Positions 9,913 to 19,700 of a stretch of DNA of 64,000 nt are shown here, piece after piece. The position numbers were made by a program, and so were the translations under genes. Numbering within the stretch: position 1 is the first letter of the stretch; each line of letters opens with the position of its first letter. Origin of the DNA: Acidobacteriota bacterium (lineage in GTDB: Bacteria > Acidobacteriota > Thermoanaerobaculia > Gp7-AA8); contig JAFATB010000023.1 of NCBI GenBank assembly GCA_019244185.1, positions 416,001 through 480,000 on the forward strand, read 5' to 3'. The notes beneath the pieces are model-generated. The model had not been told where the DNA came from, ran no database searches, and saw only the letters and a list, made by a program, of their open reading frames with translations.

Positions 9913-10674
9913 ATGCATCAGCACGACTCGATCGACCGCATCACGCCGACGCTCGAGCCCGACCAGCCGGTGCTCATGCATCAGGACTGGCACCATCTGC
10001 TCTTCCTGCATTGGGAGATTCCGGCCGCGGAGCTGCAGGCGCTCGTGCCGCCGCGGCTGACCGTCGACACGTTCGAAGGAAAGGCGTACGTCGGACTCGT
10101 TCCGTTCACGCTGAGCGGTGTGCGCCCCGTCATGACGCCGCCGCTGCCGTGGATCTCGCGCTTCCATGAAGTCAACGTACGTACTTACGTGCATCTCGAC
10201 GGGCGCGATCCCGGCGTCTGGTTCTTCAGCCTCGACGCGTCGAGCACGATCGCCGTCGCCGCCGCGCGCGCCGCGTACAAGCTGCCGTACTACGACGCGC
10301 AGATCGAGCTCATGACCAGCGGTGACGCGCTGCCGGTCATCGACTTCCGCTCGCATCGCACCGACCCGCGTGGCCCCGCGCCCGCGCATTGCCACGCGCG
10401 CTACCAGGCAGTGGAAGGTGCCGCGAGCGCGTCGGCGCCCGGCACGCTCGAGCACTTTCTCGTGGAGCGCTACATCCTTTACGCGGAGGACGAGCAGCAT
10501 CGCCTGCACCGTGCGCGCGTCCACCATCAGCCGTATCCCGTGCAGCGCGCGGACGTGCTCGCGCTCGACGAGACGGTGGTGTGGGCGGCCGGCATCCGCC
10601 GCAACGATTCCGTCCGGCTGCGGCACTACGCTCGCGAGGTGAACGTGAAGGTGTATCCGCTCGAGACGGTGTAG
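9913..10674 (+). CDS. DUF2071/YqjF family protein
   Basis: MHQDWHHLLFLHW, FHEVNVRTYV, GVWFFSLDA, FLVERY. Confidence 0.88.
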   Translation: MHQHDSIDRITPTLEPDQPVLMHQDWHHLLFLHWEIPAAELQALVPPRLTVDTFEGKAYVGLVPFTLSGVRPVMTPPLPWISRFHEVNVRTYVHLDGRDPGVWFFSLDASSTIAVAAARAAYKLPYYDAQIELMTSGDALPVIDFRSHRTDPRGPAPAHCHARYQAVEGAASASAPGTLEHFLVERYILYAEDEQHRLHRARVHHQPYPVQRADVLALDETVVWAAGIRRNDSVRLRHYAREVNVKVYPLETV

Positions 10675-10693
10675 CGCTCACCAGCCGGCGGCG

Positions 10694-11215
10694 ATGCGGA
10701 TGACGGTGACGCCCGCGATTCCGCGAATCTTTCTAGCAGGCGTGCATCTCAGCGCGGCGCTGCTTCCGCCGCGCACGATTGTCATCCTCAGCGATTCCAT
10801 CGTGCACGGCGCCGGCGACGAATCAGGGCGCATCGCCGCCGGGGCGCGTCACGAACTCGACATCAACGGCGCGCGCAGGCGAAATTCTTCATCGCCTCGC
10901 CGATCCGTGCATGCGCGCCATTGTGCAACGCGCGGACGCGATCATCATGCTTCGATCGGCGGCGACGATCTCTTCGGCGACGTGCCGTCACGATTGCTCG
11001 CCGTCGCCGCGCCGCGCTTCGCCGAATGTCGCACAGCACTGCGCGTAGGCACACTGCGCGACGCGAACGCCTCCGCACGCGTCTCCATTTCGGCGTGTAA
11101 ACCCGTGTCGCACGTCGTCGCAAACGTCATGATCGCGACCGCGCCGGCGACGAGCGCGCGCTTCATGAACTGCGATACGCGCGAGCCGCGGCTATGTTGC
11201 GGACGCGTTCGCGCC
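10694..11215 (+). pseudogene. Degenerate SGNH/GDSL hydrolase remnant
   Basis: Block I-like ILSDSIVHGAGDESG, INGAR, ADAII (other frame), SIGGDDLFG (GxND-like) and RDANASARV are spread over different frames with motif-breaking substitutions. Confidence 0.55.
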
Positions 11216-11217
11216 GT

Positions 11218-11628
11218 TCACTGCAGCGTCGTCGTGCACGCGCGGCAACGGCGCGCGGCCGCGGGGATCATCTCCAGGCACTCGGGACACTGCTTCATCG
11301 GCTCCGCGGCGGGAGCCGGCGCGGGCTTGACGAGCGAGCGCACGATGAGGAACGTCACGAACGCGATGATGATGAAGTCGATGACGACGCCGAGGAAGTG
11401 CCCGTAAAGCAGCGCGTTCTCGACGACTTTCCCGCCTTTGGTCGTGCTGCTCAACACGACCTTTGCCTCGCGCCAGTCGCCGCCCGGGAGCAGGAGACTG
11501 ATGACCGGCATGAGGAGATCGGCGGCGAGCGCGCTGACGACGTTCCCTACCGCGGCACCGATGATGACGCCGACGGCAAGCGCGAGCGCGTTGGTCTTCG
11601 TGAGGAAGCCTCGGAATTCAGCGAGCAT
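11218..11628 (-). CDS. mscL: Large-conductance mechanosensitive channel with C-terminal zinc ribbon
   Basis: MLAEFRGFL, LAVGVIIGAA, YGHFL..IDFIII. Tail reads CPEC...RCRAC. Confidence 0.92.
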   Translation of the reverse strand: MLAEFRGFLTKTNALALAVGVIIGAAVGNVVSALAADLLMPVISLLLPGGDWREAKVVLSSTTKGGKVVENALLYGHFLGVVIDFIIIAFVTFLIVRSLVKPAPAPAAEPMKQCPECLEMIPAAARRCRACTTTLQ

Positions 11629-12373
11629 GATTCGACCTCGGCTCCGAGTTTACAGCAGAGCCCGGCCGCACGAGCAGCGTGTACTGCCCGTCGAGCTCTC
11701 CGTCGCGCAGCAGCTCCAGCGCGTAGCCTTTCGCGCGCAGGAGCGTGCAGCAGCGCTCGTGCGTCTCGTAGCCGTGCGTCGAGAGCAGCAGCGTCGGCCG
11801 GTCGCGTGCGAGGATCGTCGCGGCACCGGTGAGGACGTCGTACTCCGCGCCTTCGACATCCATCTTGATGAAGCGCGGCGGCGGAATCGTTCCCGATGCG
11901 ACGAGGCGATCGAGCGTCTCGACGCGCACGTCGACGTCGCCTTCCGCCGCGAGCCTGCCCATCGACGCATTCATGCCCGACGCGAACCGCGCCACGCCCG
12001 GCTTCGATGACAACGCGAGCTCGAGCACCTGCACCGTCGACGCGCGATTGAGCGCCACGTGTTTGCGCAGGAACGCGAGATTCCGCGCGACCGGCTCGAA
12101 CGCGTAGACGGCGCCGCGCGCGCCGGCGCACTTTGCCGCAAGCAGCGTGAAGAAGCCGGCGTTCGCGCCGACGTCGTATACGACGTCGCCGTCGTGCACC
12201 GCGTCGCGAAACGCGCGCTGCGCCTCCGGCTCGTACGTCCCCAGCCAGCAGCCGTGCGTCGCCGCGCCGGCGATCCACTTCGAGCCGCGCAGCTCACCGC
12301 TCAGCACGCGCATGGTCGCGCCGCGCGGGACGAGACGGAGCGGGGCGCGCAGGAGCCGCGAGAGGAAGTTCAC
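11618..12373 (-). CDS. FkbM family methyltransferase
   Basis: GTYEPE, YDVGANAG, YAFEP, FIKMDVEGAE. GTG start overlaps the upstream TGA (GTGA). Confidence 0.88.
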   Translation of the reverse strand: MNFLSRLLRAPLRLVPRGATMRVLSGELRGSKWIAGAATHGCWLGTYEPEAQRAFRDAVHDGDVVYDVGANAGFFTLLAAKCAGARGAVYAFEPVARNLAFLRKHVALNRASTVQVLELALSSKPGVARFASGMNASMGRLAAEGDVDVRVETLDRLVASGTIPPPRFIKMDVEGAEYDVLTGAATILARDRPTLLLSTHGYETHERCCTLLRAKGYALELLRDGELDGQYTLLVRPGSAVNSEPRSNHAR

Positions 12374-13192
12374 GGCGACTGATCCAGCCGGAACACCTTC
12401 ACCGCGTTGTCGTGAAACACCTGCTGCCAGTACTTCCGCGGAATCGCGCGCTGGAACGACGCGATGTCGACGAGCGGCCAGTCCGTGCCGAACATCAGCT
12501 TCGACGGGTCTTCGATGTAGCCGAAGATCCACCGCAGCGGCTTCGTCACGTACTCGTCGGACCTGCGCGCGCGGGAGCCTGGTCATGTCGCCGACGAGGA
12601 ACGCCGAGCCGTCCAGGTACACATTGGGATTCTTGTACGCGACCTCCGCCGCGGACTCGATCCACGGATTGCCGCAGTGCGCGATGACGAAGCGGACGCG
12701 CGGATGATCGACGGCGACTTCGTCGATCGTCAGCGGATCGGCGTACTTCAGCTTCGCGCGCGTCGAGTCGGTGTCGCCGGTATGGAAGACCACCGGCACG
12801 TCGTACTTTTCCGCGAGCGCGTAGACCGGTTCGTATTGCGGCTCGCTCGCGAAGTGATGCGTGTAGCCGAGGTAGATCTTGATGCAGCGATAGTCGCCGC
12901 GGCGCAGGCCGGACTCGAGCGTGTCGAGATGCGGCGCGTCGAAGATGCCGGCGCAGTAGATCGTGTTCGGCTCGCGCGGCTCCGGCAGCCGCCCGTCGTC
13001 GGTGTGCAGGATGCCGACCGCGTACACGACGTGCGCCTTCCGCCGCTGCTCCTCGTACGACGCCGCCGAGCGCGTGCCGTTCGGCTGAAACTCGGGATGC
13101 GTGTGCACGTCGATGATCGCGAGCGGCTTCGACGCGCACGCGAGGGTGAGGGTGGTGAGGAGGGCGAGCGCGGCGGGTGTTGCGCGTCTCAT
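12370..13192 (-). pseudogene. Amidohydrolase_2 family lipoprotein, frameshifted near 12560 (pseudogene or sequencing error)
   Basis: Lipobox LAC, IIDVHTH, VVFHTG, IAHCGNPW. After CAG GTC C GAC (one extra base) the other frame gives DEYVTKPLRWIFGYIEDPSKLMFGTDWPL...NAVKVFRL then stop at 12370. Confidence 0.85.
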
Positions 13193-13209
13193 GACGAATG
13201 CAGACGTTG

Positions 13210-13395
13210 CTAGTGCGTAGAGGCTTCGAGGCGCTCGACGCGAGACTGAAGATCGACGAGCGCACGTTCGAGGACGCGGACGCGGCGATCGAGCTCGGCG
13301 TAGGAAAACCGGCTTGTCTGACGCTCGTCTGCGAAACCGGCGTCGCTTTCCGACCTCGGTCCTTCGCTCAGCTCGTCGTCCATTACTTCGTTCAT
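13210..13395 (-). CDS. Small hypothetical protein with coiled-coil C-terminus
   Basis: 61 aa with heptad pattern LDRRVRVLERALVDLQSRVERLE. Fills an otherwise empty gap. Confidence 0.5.
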   Translation of the reverse strand: MNEVMDDELSEGPRSESDAGFADERQTSRFSYAELDRRVRVLERALVDLQSRVERLEASTH

Positions 13396-13433
13396 TTTAC
13401 TTCTTACACCGCGCCCCCAACCGATCGTTTACC

Positions 13434-16400
13434 ATGCCTAACGATCGTCCCGTGTCGGAGCCCACCTCTCTCCGCAACCGCAGTGCTTCCCGCGTCGACG
13501 CGTTGCTGCGCGAGGCGGAGGGGCGGTTGCGCCGGCAGAACAACGTCCTGGTCGATCTCGCGCGGCGCGCGTCGCTGCACGCGGGCAATCTCGCCGAAGC
13601 GTTGCGGGAGATCGCGAGCGCGGCGGCGCCGACGCTCGACGTCGGGCGCTTCAGCGTCTGGTTCTTCACGGCCGACCGGCGCGCGATCCGCTGCGTGGAG
13701 CTCTTCGACCGCGAGCAGCATGCGAGCGGCGGTGAGATTCACGCGGCGGCGTTTCCGGTCTACTTCCGCGCGCTCGAGTCGGAGCGCACGATCACCGCGG
13801 ACGATGCGAACCTCGATCCGCGCACGAGCGCGTTCGCCGAGGCGTCGCATCATCCGTTCGGCGTGACCTCGCTGCTCGACGCGCCGGTGCGGCGGCTCGG
13901 ACAAACCATCGGCGTGGTCTGCTTCGAGCACACCGGACCGCAGCGCGCGTGGACGGTCGAGGAAGAGAACTTCGCCAGCTCGATCGCGGACCTCGTGGCG
14001 ATGGCCGTCGACGCGCAGGAGCGGCGGCAGACGCAGGAAGCGCTGCGGCACCGCGTCGACTTCGAGAAGCTGGTCGCGAGCATCTCGTCGCGTTTCGTCA
14101 ATCTCGCGCCGGAGGAAGTCGACCGCGCGATCCGCGAGACGCTCGAGGCGATCGCGACGTTCGTCGGCGCGGAGCGCGGACACGTGTTCATGCTCGCGGA
14201 GAGCGGCGACAGCGCGAAGCTCACGTACGAATGGAGCGCGCCCGGCGTCGCGTTGCGCGCGGACGCGTACGGCGAGTTGCCCACCGCGGCGTTCCCGTGG
14301 TGGGTCGAGCAGCTGCGGCGGTCGGACATCATCAACGTGACGACCCTCGACGATCTCCCGCCCGAGGCGATCAACGAGCGGCGGCTGTTTGCGCGGCACG
14401 GGATTCTGAGCGCGGTGTTCGTGCCGATGGTGGTGAAGAAGACGCTCGTCGGCTCGGTCGGCTGTAGCAGCGTCACGCGTGAGATGTCGTGGTCGGAAGA
14501 GACCATCGCGCTGCTGCGCATCGCCGGCGAGATCTTCGTCAGCGCGCTCGAACGCGGACGCGCGTTGCGCGCGCTGCGCGCCAGCGAGATGCGGCATCGC
14601 ATGCTCTTCGAGCGCAACCTCGCCGGCGTCTACCGCAACGGCGTCGACGGCCGCATCCTCGAATGCAACGAGGCGCTCGCGGAGATGCTCGGCTTCCCGT
14701 CGAAGGACGAGTTCATGCGCAACAACGCGCGCGATCTCTACTTCGATCCGTCGGAGCGCGAGCGGTTCATCGAGCAGCTGCGGCGCCACGGCGGCATCCG
14801 CAATCGTGAAGTACGCCTGCGCCACCGCGCCGGCCATCCGATCTGGCTGCTCGAGAGCGTGCACATCGTGCCCGCGGAGAACGGCGACGAAATCCTCGAA
14901 GGAACGGTCATCGACATCACCGACCGCAAGCTCGCCGAGACCGCGCTGCGCGAGAGCGAGGCGCGCTACCGGCTGATGGCCGAGAACTCGACGGACCTCA
15001 TCTCGCGCACGACCGGCCGCGGCGCCTTCCTCTATGCCTCGGATGCGGTCCGCAGCCTCCTCGGATACGAGCCGTCCGAGCTCGTCGGCCGCAGCGTCTT
15101 CGAGTTCGTCGATCGCGACGATCACTACCTCATCCGCCGCTTCACCGACACGCTGCAGGAGTCGCCGCGCAGCGTGAGCTACCGCGCCATTCGCAAGGAC
15201 GGCACGCGGGTCTGGTTCGAGACCACGAGCCGCGCGATCGCGGGCGACGACGGCGCGATCGCGGAGATCGTCTCGGTCTCGCGCGACGTCAGCGAGCGAC
15301 GCCGCGCCGAAGAGCAGATCGAGTATCAGGCGTACCACGACGCGCTCACCGGATTGCCGAACCGGCTGCTGTTCCGCGACCGTTTGACGATCGCGCTCGC
15401 GCACGCGAAGCGGAAAGAGATGCCGCTCGCGGTGATGTTCCTCGATCTCGACCGCTTCAAGTACGTCAACGACACGCTCGGCCACAGCCTCGGCGACGAG
15501 CTGCTGCGCGCGATCGCGTCGCGATTGCGTTCCGTGCTGCGCGACGGCGACACGATCGCGCGGATGGGCGGCGACGAGTTCACGATCCTGCTCGCGGATC
15601 TCCAGCAGCCGAGCGACGCGGCGAAGATCGCGCAGAAACTGCTCGAGGTCGTCGCGCAGCCGGTGCGCGTCGAAGGGCACGAGCTCTACGTCACGACGAG
15701 CATCGGCATCGCGCTCTTTCCGAACGACGGCGACACGGCGGAGACGCTGCTCAAAAGCGCCGACAGCGCGATGTATCGCGCGAAGGAGTCGGGTCGCAGC
15801 TCGTATCAGCTCTGCACGGCCACGATGAACCTGCGCGCGGCGGAGCGGCTGTCGGTCGAAGGCGCGCTGCGGCGCGCGCTCGATCGCGACGAGCTCGTGC
15901 TGTATTACCAGCCGCTCGTGCACGTCGCCACGCGGCAGGTCGCGGGCGTGGAGGCGCTGCTGCGCTGGAACCGGCCCGGCAGCGGCGTCGTGCCGCCGGC
16001 GACGTTCATCGACATCGCCGAGGAGACGCGGATGATCGTGCCGATCGGCGAGTGGGTGCTGCGGGAGGCGTGCCGGCAGGCGAAGGAATGGCAGAAGCGC
16101 GGCACTCCGTCGTTACGCGTCGCCGTCAATCTGTCTCCCCGTCAGTTTCAGCAGAGCGATCTGTGCGACGTCGTGCAGCGCGCGCTCGACGAGAGCGGCC
16201 TCGCCGCGCATTTCCTCGAGCTCGAGATCACGGAGACGACGGCGATGATGAACACGGAGCGTTCGATCGCCACGCTCGCCGATCTCCGCACGCTCGGCGT
16301 GCGCATCGCGCTCGACGACTTCGGCACCGGGCATTCGTCGCTCAGCTACCTGCGCCGCTTCCCGATCGATCGCGTGAAGATCGACCGCGAGTTCATCCAG

Positions 16401-16616
16401 GACCTCGAGCACAGCCGCAGCAACCGCGCCATCGTCGCGTCGGTGGTGTCGATGGCGCACGGACTCGACCTCGCCGTGACGGCGGAAGGCGTGGAGACCG
16501 AGGAGCAGGTCGGGTTCCTGCGCGACCAGAAGTGCGAGGAAGTGCAGGGCTACCTGTTCGGGCGGCCGGTGCCGCCCGAACAGAATGAAGAACGCAGAAC
16601 GCAGAACGCAGAATGA
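13434..16616 (+). CDS. GAF-GAF-PAS-PAS-GGDEF-EAL c-di-GMP signalling protein
   Basis: Two GAF-like segments, two PAS/PAC, YHDALTGLPNR, MGGDEF, VEALLRW, LDDFGTG, AEGVET. Confidence 0.95.
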   Translation: MPNDRPVSEPTSLRNRSASRVDALLREAEGRLRRQNNVLVDLARRASLHAGNLAEALREIASAAAPTLDVGRFSVWFFTADRRAIRCVELFDREQHASGGEIHAAAFPVYFRALESERTITADDANLDPRTSAFAEASHHPFGVTSLLDAPVRRLGQTIGVVCFEHTGPQRAWTVEEENFASSIADLVAMAVDAQERRQTQEALRHRVDFEKLVASISSRFVNLAPEEVDRAIRETLEAIATFVGAERGHVFMLAESGDSAKLTYEWSAPGVALRADAYGELPTAAFPWWVEQLRRSDIINVTTLDDLPPEAINERRLFARHGILSAVFVPMVVKKTLVGSVGCSSVTREMSWSEETIALLRIAGEIFVSALERGRALRALRASEMRHRMLFERNLAGVYRNGVDGRILECNEALAEMLGFPSKDEFMRNNARDLYFDPSERERFIEQLRRHGGIRNREVRLRHRAGHPIWLLESVHIVPAENGDEILEGTVIDITDRKLAETALRESEARYRLMAENSTDLISRTTGRGAFLYASDAVRSLLGYEPSELVGRSVFEFVDRDDHYLIRRFTDTLQESPRSVSYRAIRKDGTRVWFETTSRAIAGDDGAIAEIVSVSRDVSERRRAEEQIEYQAYHDALTGLPNRLLFRDRLTIALAHAKRKEMPLAVMFLDLDRFKYVNDTLGHSLGDELLRAIASRLRSVLRDGDTIARMGGDEFTILLADLQQPSDAAKIAQKLLEVVAQPVRVEGHELYVTTSIGIALFPNDGDTAETLLKSADSAMYRAKESGRSSYQLCTATMNLRAAERLSVEGALRRALDRDELVLYYQPLVHVATRQVAGVEALLRWNRPGSGVVPPATFIDIAEETRMIVPIGEWVLREACRQAKEWQKRGTPSLRVAVNLSPRQFQQSDLCDVVQRALDESGLAAHFLELEITETTAMMNTERSIATLADLRTLGVRIALDDFGTGHSSLSYLRRFPIDRVKIDREFIQDLEHSRSNRAIVASVVSMAHGLDLAVTAEGVETEEQVGFLRDQKCEEVQGYLFGRPVPPEQNEERRTQNAE

Positions 16617-16684
16617 AGAAAGCAGCGTGGCGCGCGCTCGTGTCAGTTCTACGTTCTTCATTCTGCGTTCTGCGTTCTTCATTC
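16583..16684. repeat. Heptamer-built inverted repeat element, copy A
   Basis: Left arm GAATGAA-(GAACGCA)x3-GAATGAA-GAA, 33-nt spacer, right arm TTC-TTCATTC-(TGCGTTC)x2-TTCATTC. Confidence 0.9.
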
Positions 16685-16777
16685 AGCCTTTCGTCTTAAT
16701 CCCGCCACAACTCGCGCCGCACAATTCCTCGACCGCGCCACTGCAGGTGCGGGCTCATGTGCGTAGACTGCTCGCGT

Positions 16778-19700
16778 ATGAAGAAGGCCGTTGCCGCGCT
16801 CCTCTTTGTTCTCGCCGCGCCGTCGCTCCTCGCCGCGAACCTGCGGATCGTCAGCGCCGGGCCCGTCGGAAAGATCGCCTCGCTGGCGGAAGCGAACGAG
16901 ATCCGCGTCGTCTTCTCGGAGCCGATGGTGGCGGTGGGACGGATTCCGCAGCCGGTGACGGCGCCGTTCTTCCGCATCGCGCCCGCTGTTGCCGGCGCGT
17001 TCCGCTGGTCGGGCACGACGACGCTCATCTTCACGCCCGACAAGCCGCTGCCGTACGCGACCGAGTTCGCGGTGTCGGTCGACGCGTCGGCAAAATCGGT
17101 CGCGGGGCACACGCTCGATCAGCCGTATCGCTGGACGTTCACCACGCCGACGATCCAGTTGATCGCGACCGACTGGTATCGCAAGTCCAACGGCGCGGTC
17201 GTGATCGGGCTGCGCTTCAACCAGCCGGTCGATGCGTCGGCGGTGACGCCGCACGTGCATCTCACGACCGCGACGCGCGCGTTCACGCTCGACCCGCTGC
17301 CGGAGGCCGGCGCGGCGCGCCTCAAGAAGCTCGAGCCGCAGGCCCTGCAGGCGTTCGAAGCGAAGCGCGCGAAGGCGCAGGCGAATGCGAACTCGAACGG
17401 GCAGACCGTCTTCTCGTTTCTCGCGACGGAATGGAAGAAGGAGCGTTTCGCGCCGGGCAAAGACCTCGTCGTGCTGGAGACGAAGCCGGGGATTCCGCCC
17501 GACACGGCGATCCTCGTGACGCTCGACGCGGAGCTTGCGGCCTCGCCGCGCCACGTGCGCAGCGGCTCGGCGCAGACGTACACCGTCGAGCTCGAGCCGA
17601 CCTTCTTCGTGAGCTCGATCACGTGCGTCGAGGAATGCGACCCCGAGTCCCGCAACTCGATCGAGTTCCGCATCGGCAGCGGCGTTCGCTTCGACGAGGT
17701 GCGCAAGGCGGTGACGCTCACCGACATCACCGATCCGACTCACGAGGTCGCGGTCAAGCCGAAGAAAGTCACGACCGAGTACGACTATCCGAACAACGCG
17801 TACTCGCTCGACGAGCTCGGGTTCAGCGTGACGCCGGGACATCGCTACGCCGTCCGCGTCGATCCGAGCCTCACCGCGGAAGACGGGCAGAAGCTCGGCT
17901 ACGCGTGGATGGCCGTCGTCGACTACTGGCACGCGTCGGCGTTCGTCAGCTTCGGCGCGGGGAACGGCGTCTGGGAATCCGACGGCGGATCGATCCTGCC
18001 GTTCTCCGCGCGCAACTTCCGCAGCGTGAAGCAGTGGCTCGCGCCGCTGAAGGTCGAGCAGCTCCTGCCGATCATGCAGCAGATGCGCACGAGCGGCTTC
18101 AATACGCCGCCGCCCGACACGAAGCCGACGACGCGCACGCTCAATCTCCCGCCGGATCGCATCGCCGCGGTCGGCTTCGATCTGAAGCCCGCCATCGGCG
18201 CCGATAATCGAGGCATCGCGTGGGCGGCCATCGAGCCGGGCGAAGAGCTGCCGAAGTCGAAGGTCTACGCCAAGAACGTCGTCGCCACGCTCGTGCAGTC
18301 GACGAACCTCGGCATCAGCGTCAAGGACAGCCCGCTCAACACGCTGATCATGGTCACGCGTCTCGACGACGCGAAGCCGGTCGAAGGCGCGAAGGTCACG
18401 ATCCGCGACCGCAACAACAAAGTGTTCTGGACCGGCACGACCGACGCGAACGGCATCGCCGTCGCGCTCAACACCGATCTGCGGCGCAAGAAGAAGGAAG
18501 ACAAGAAGCCGGAAGAGATGGACTACGACGAGTCGTGGTCCGCGCTCAGCGAGCTGCACTTCCTCGTCAGCGCGGAGAAAGACGGCGACGTCGCGTACAT
18601 CGGCAGCGACTGGAACGACGGCATCGGCCCGTGGGACTTCGGCGTGCGCTTCGATCTGCACGAGGCGGAGCCGCAGCTGCGCGGCACGGTCTTCGCCGAC
18701 CGCGGCGTCTACAAGCTCGGCGAGGAAGTGCACCTCAAAGCGATCGCCCGCGCCGACACGCCGAACGGCATGCAGCTCCTCGCCGCCGGAACGCAGCTCC
18801 ACATCGAGATCCGCGACAGCCACAACATGAACGTCTTCGAGAAGACGGTCGCGGTGAACGCGTGGAGCAGCGCCGAGCTCACGTTCAAAGTGCCGCAGGA
18901 AGCGCCGCTCGGCACGTACAGCATCATCGCCGCGACGACGTCGCAGACCGGCACCATCGACGGCGACTTCCTCGTCGCCGCGTACCGCCGTCCCGACTTC
19001 CGCGTCGACACCACGCTCGACGGCAACAGCACCGTCGCCGGCACGAAGCTCACCGGCGTCGTCACCGGACGTTATCTTTTCGGCGCGCCGATGTCGGGCA
19101 AGCCGGTGAGCTGGACGTACTCGCGCACGCGGATGACCGACATCCCCGAGAAGATCGCCGACCGCTGGCCCGAGGAGCGTTACGCGTTCCTCGGCCGCGA
19201 CGAGAGCGACGAATCGGGCGACATCGTCTCGATCGCGCAGAAAGAAGAAGCACTCGACGCGAAAGGGCAGCTCACGCTGAAGCTCGATACCGACCGCACG
19301 CTCGGCGAACCGTGGCAGTACGCGCTCGAAGGCGTCGTCACGGACGTCACGCGCCAGGAGATCGCCGGCCGCGCCTCGTTCCGCGTCGATCCGGCTCCGT
19401 GGTACATCGGCGTGCATCGCCCGCCGTACTTTGCCGAGGCGCAGCAAGGCATCGACACGGACATCGTTGCGGCGGGGCTCGACGGCCTCGCTGTTGACGG
19501 TGTCAACGTCAAGGTCGAGCTGAAGCGCATCCAGTGGGTGAGCGCGCGTCAAGCGGAAGGCGACGGCTTCTACGACTGGCAAAGCGAGCGGAAGGAAGTC
19601 GACGCCGGCCACTGGAACGTGACCACGAAGACCGAGCCGGTGCCGCTGCACATCCCCATCAGCGAAGGCGGCGAGTATCAGCTCATCGCGCGGGCCGAAG

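Noticed and set aside
10945-11166. 73-aa minus-strand ORF with a signal-like start
   Set aside because: Lies antisense to the SGNH remnant, has no RBS or family motif, and is probably spurious.
11618-13192. 524-aa amidohydrolase-FkbM fusion protein in the ORF track
   Set aside because: Artefact of one extra base near 12560. The real amidohydrolase C-terminus and stop are in another frame.
16583-16684. Possible CRISPR array (also 62633-62754)
   Set aside because: Units are contiguous 7-mers with no unique spacers, arranged as inverted arms. No cas genes are present.
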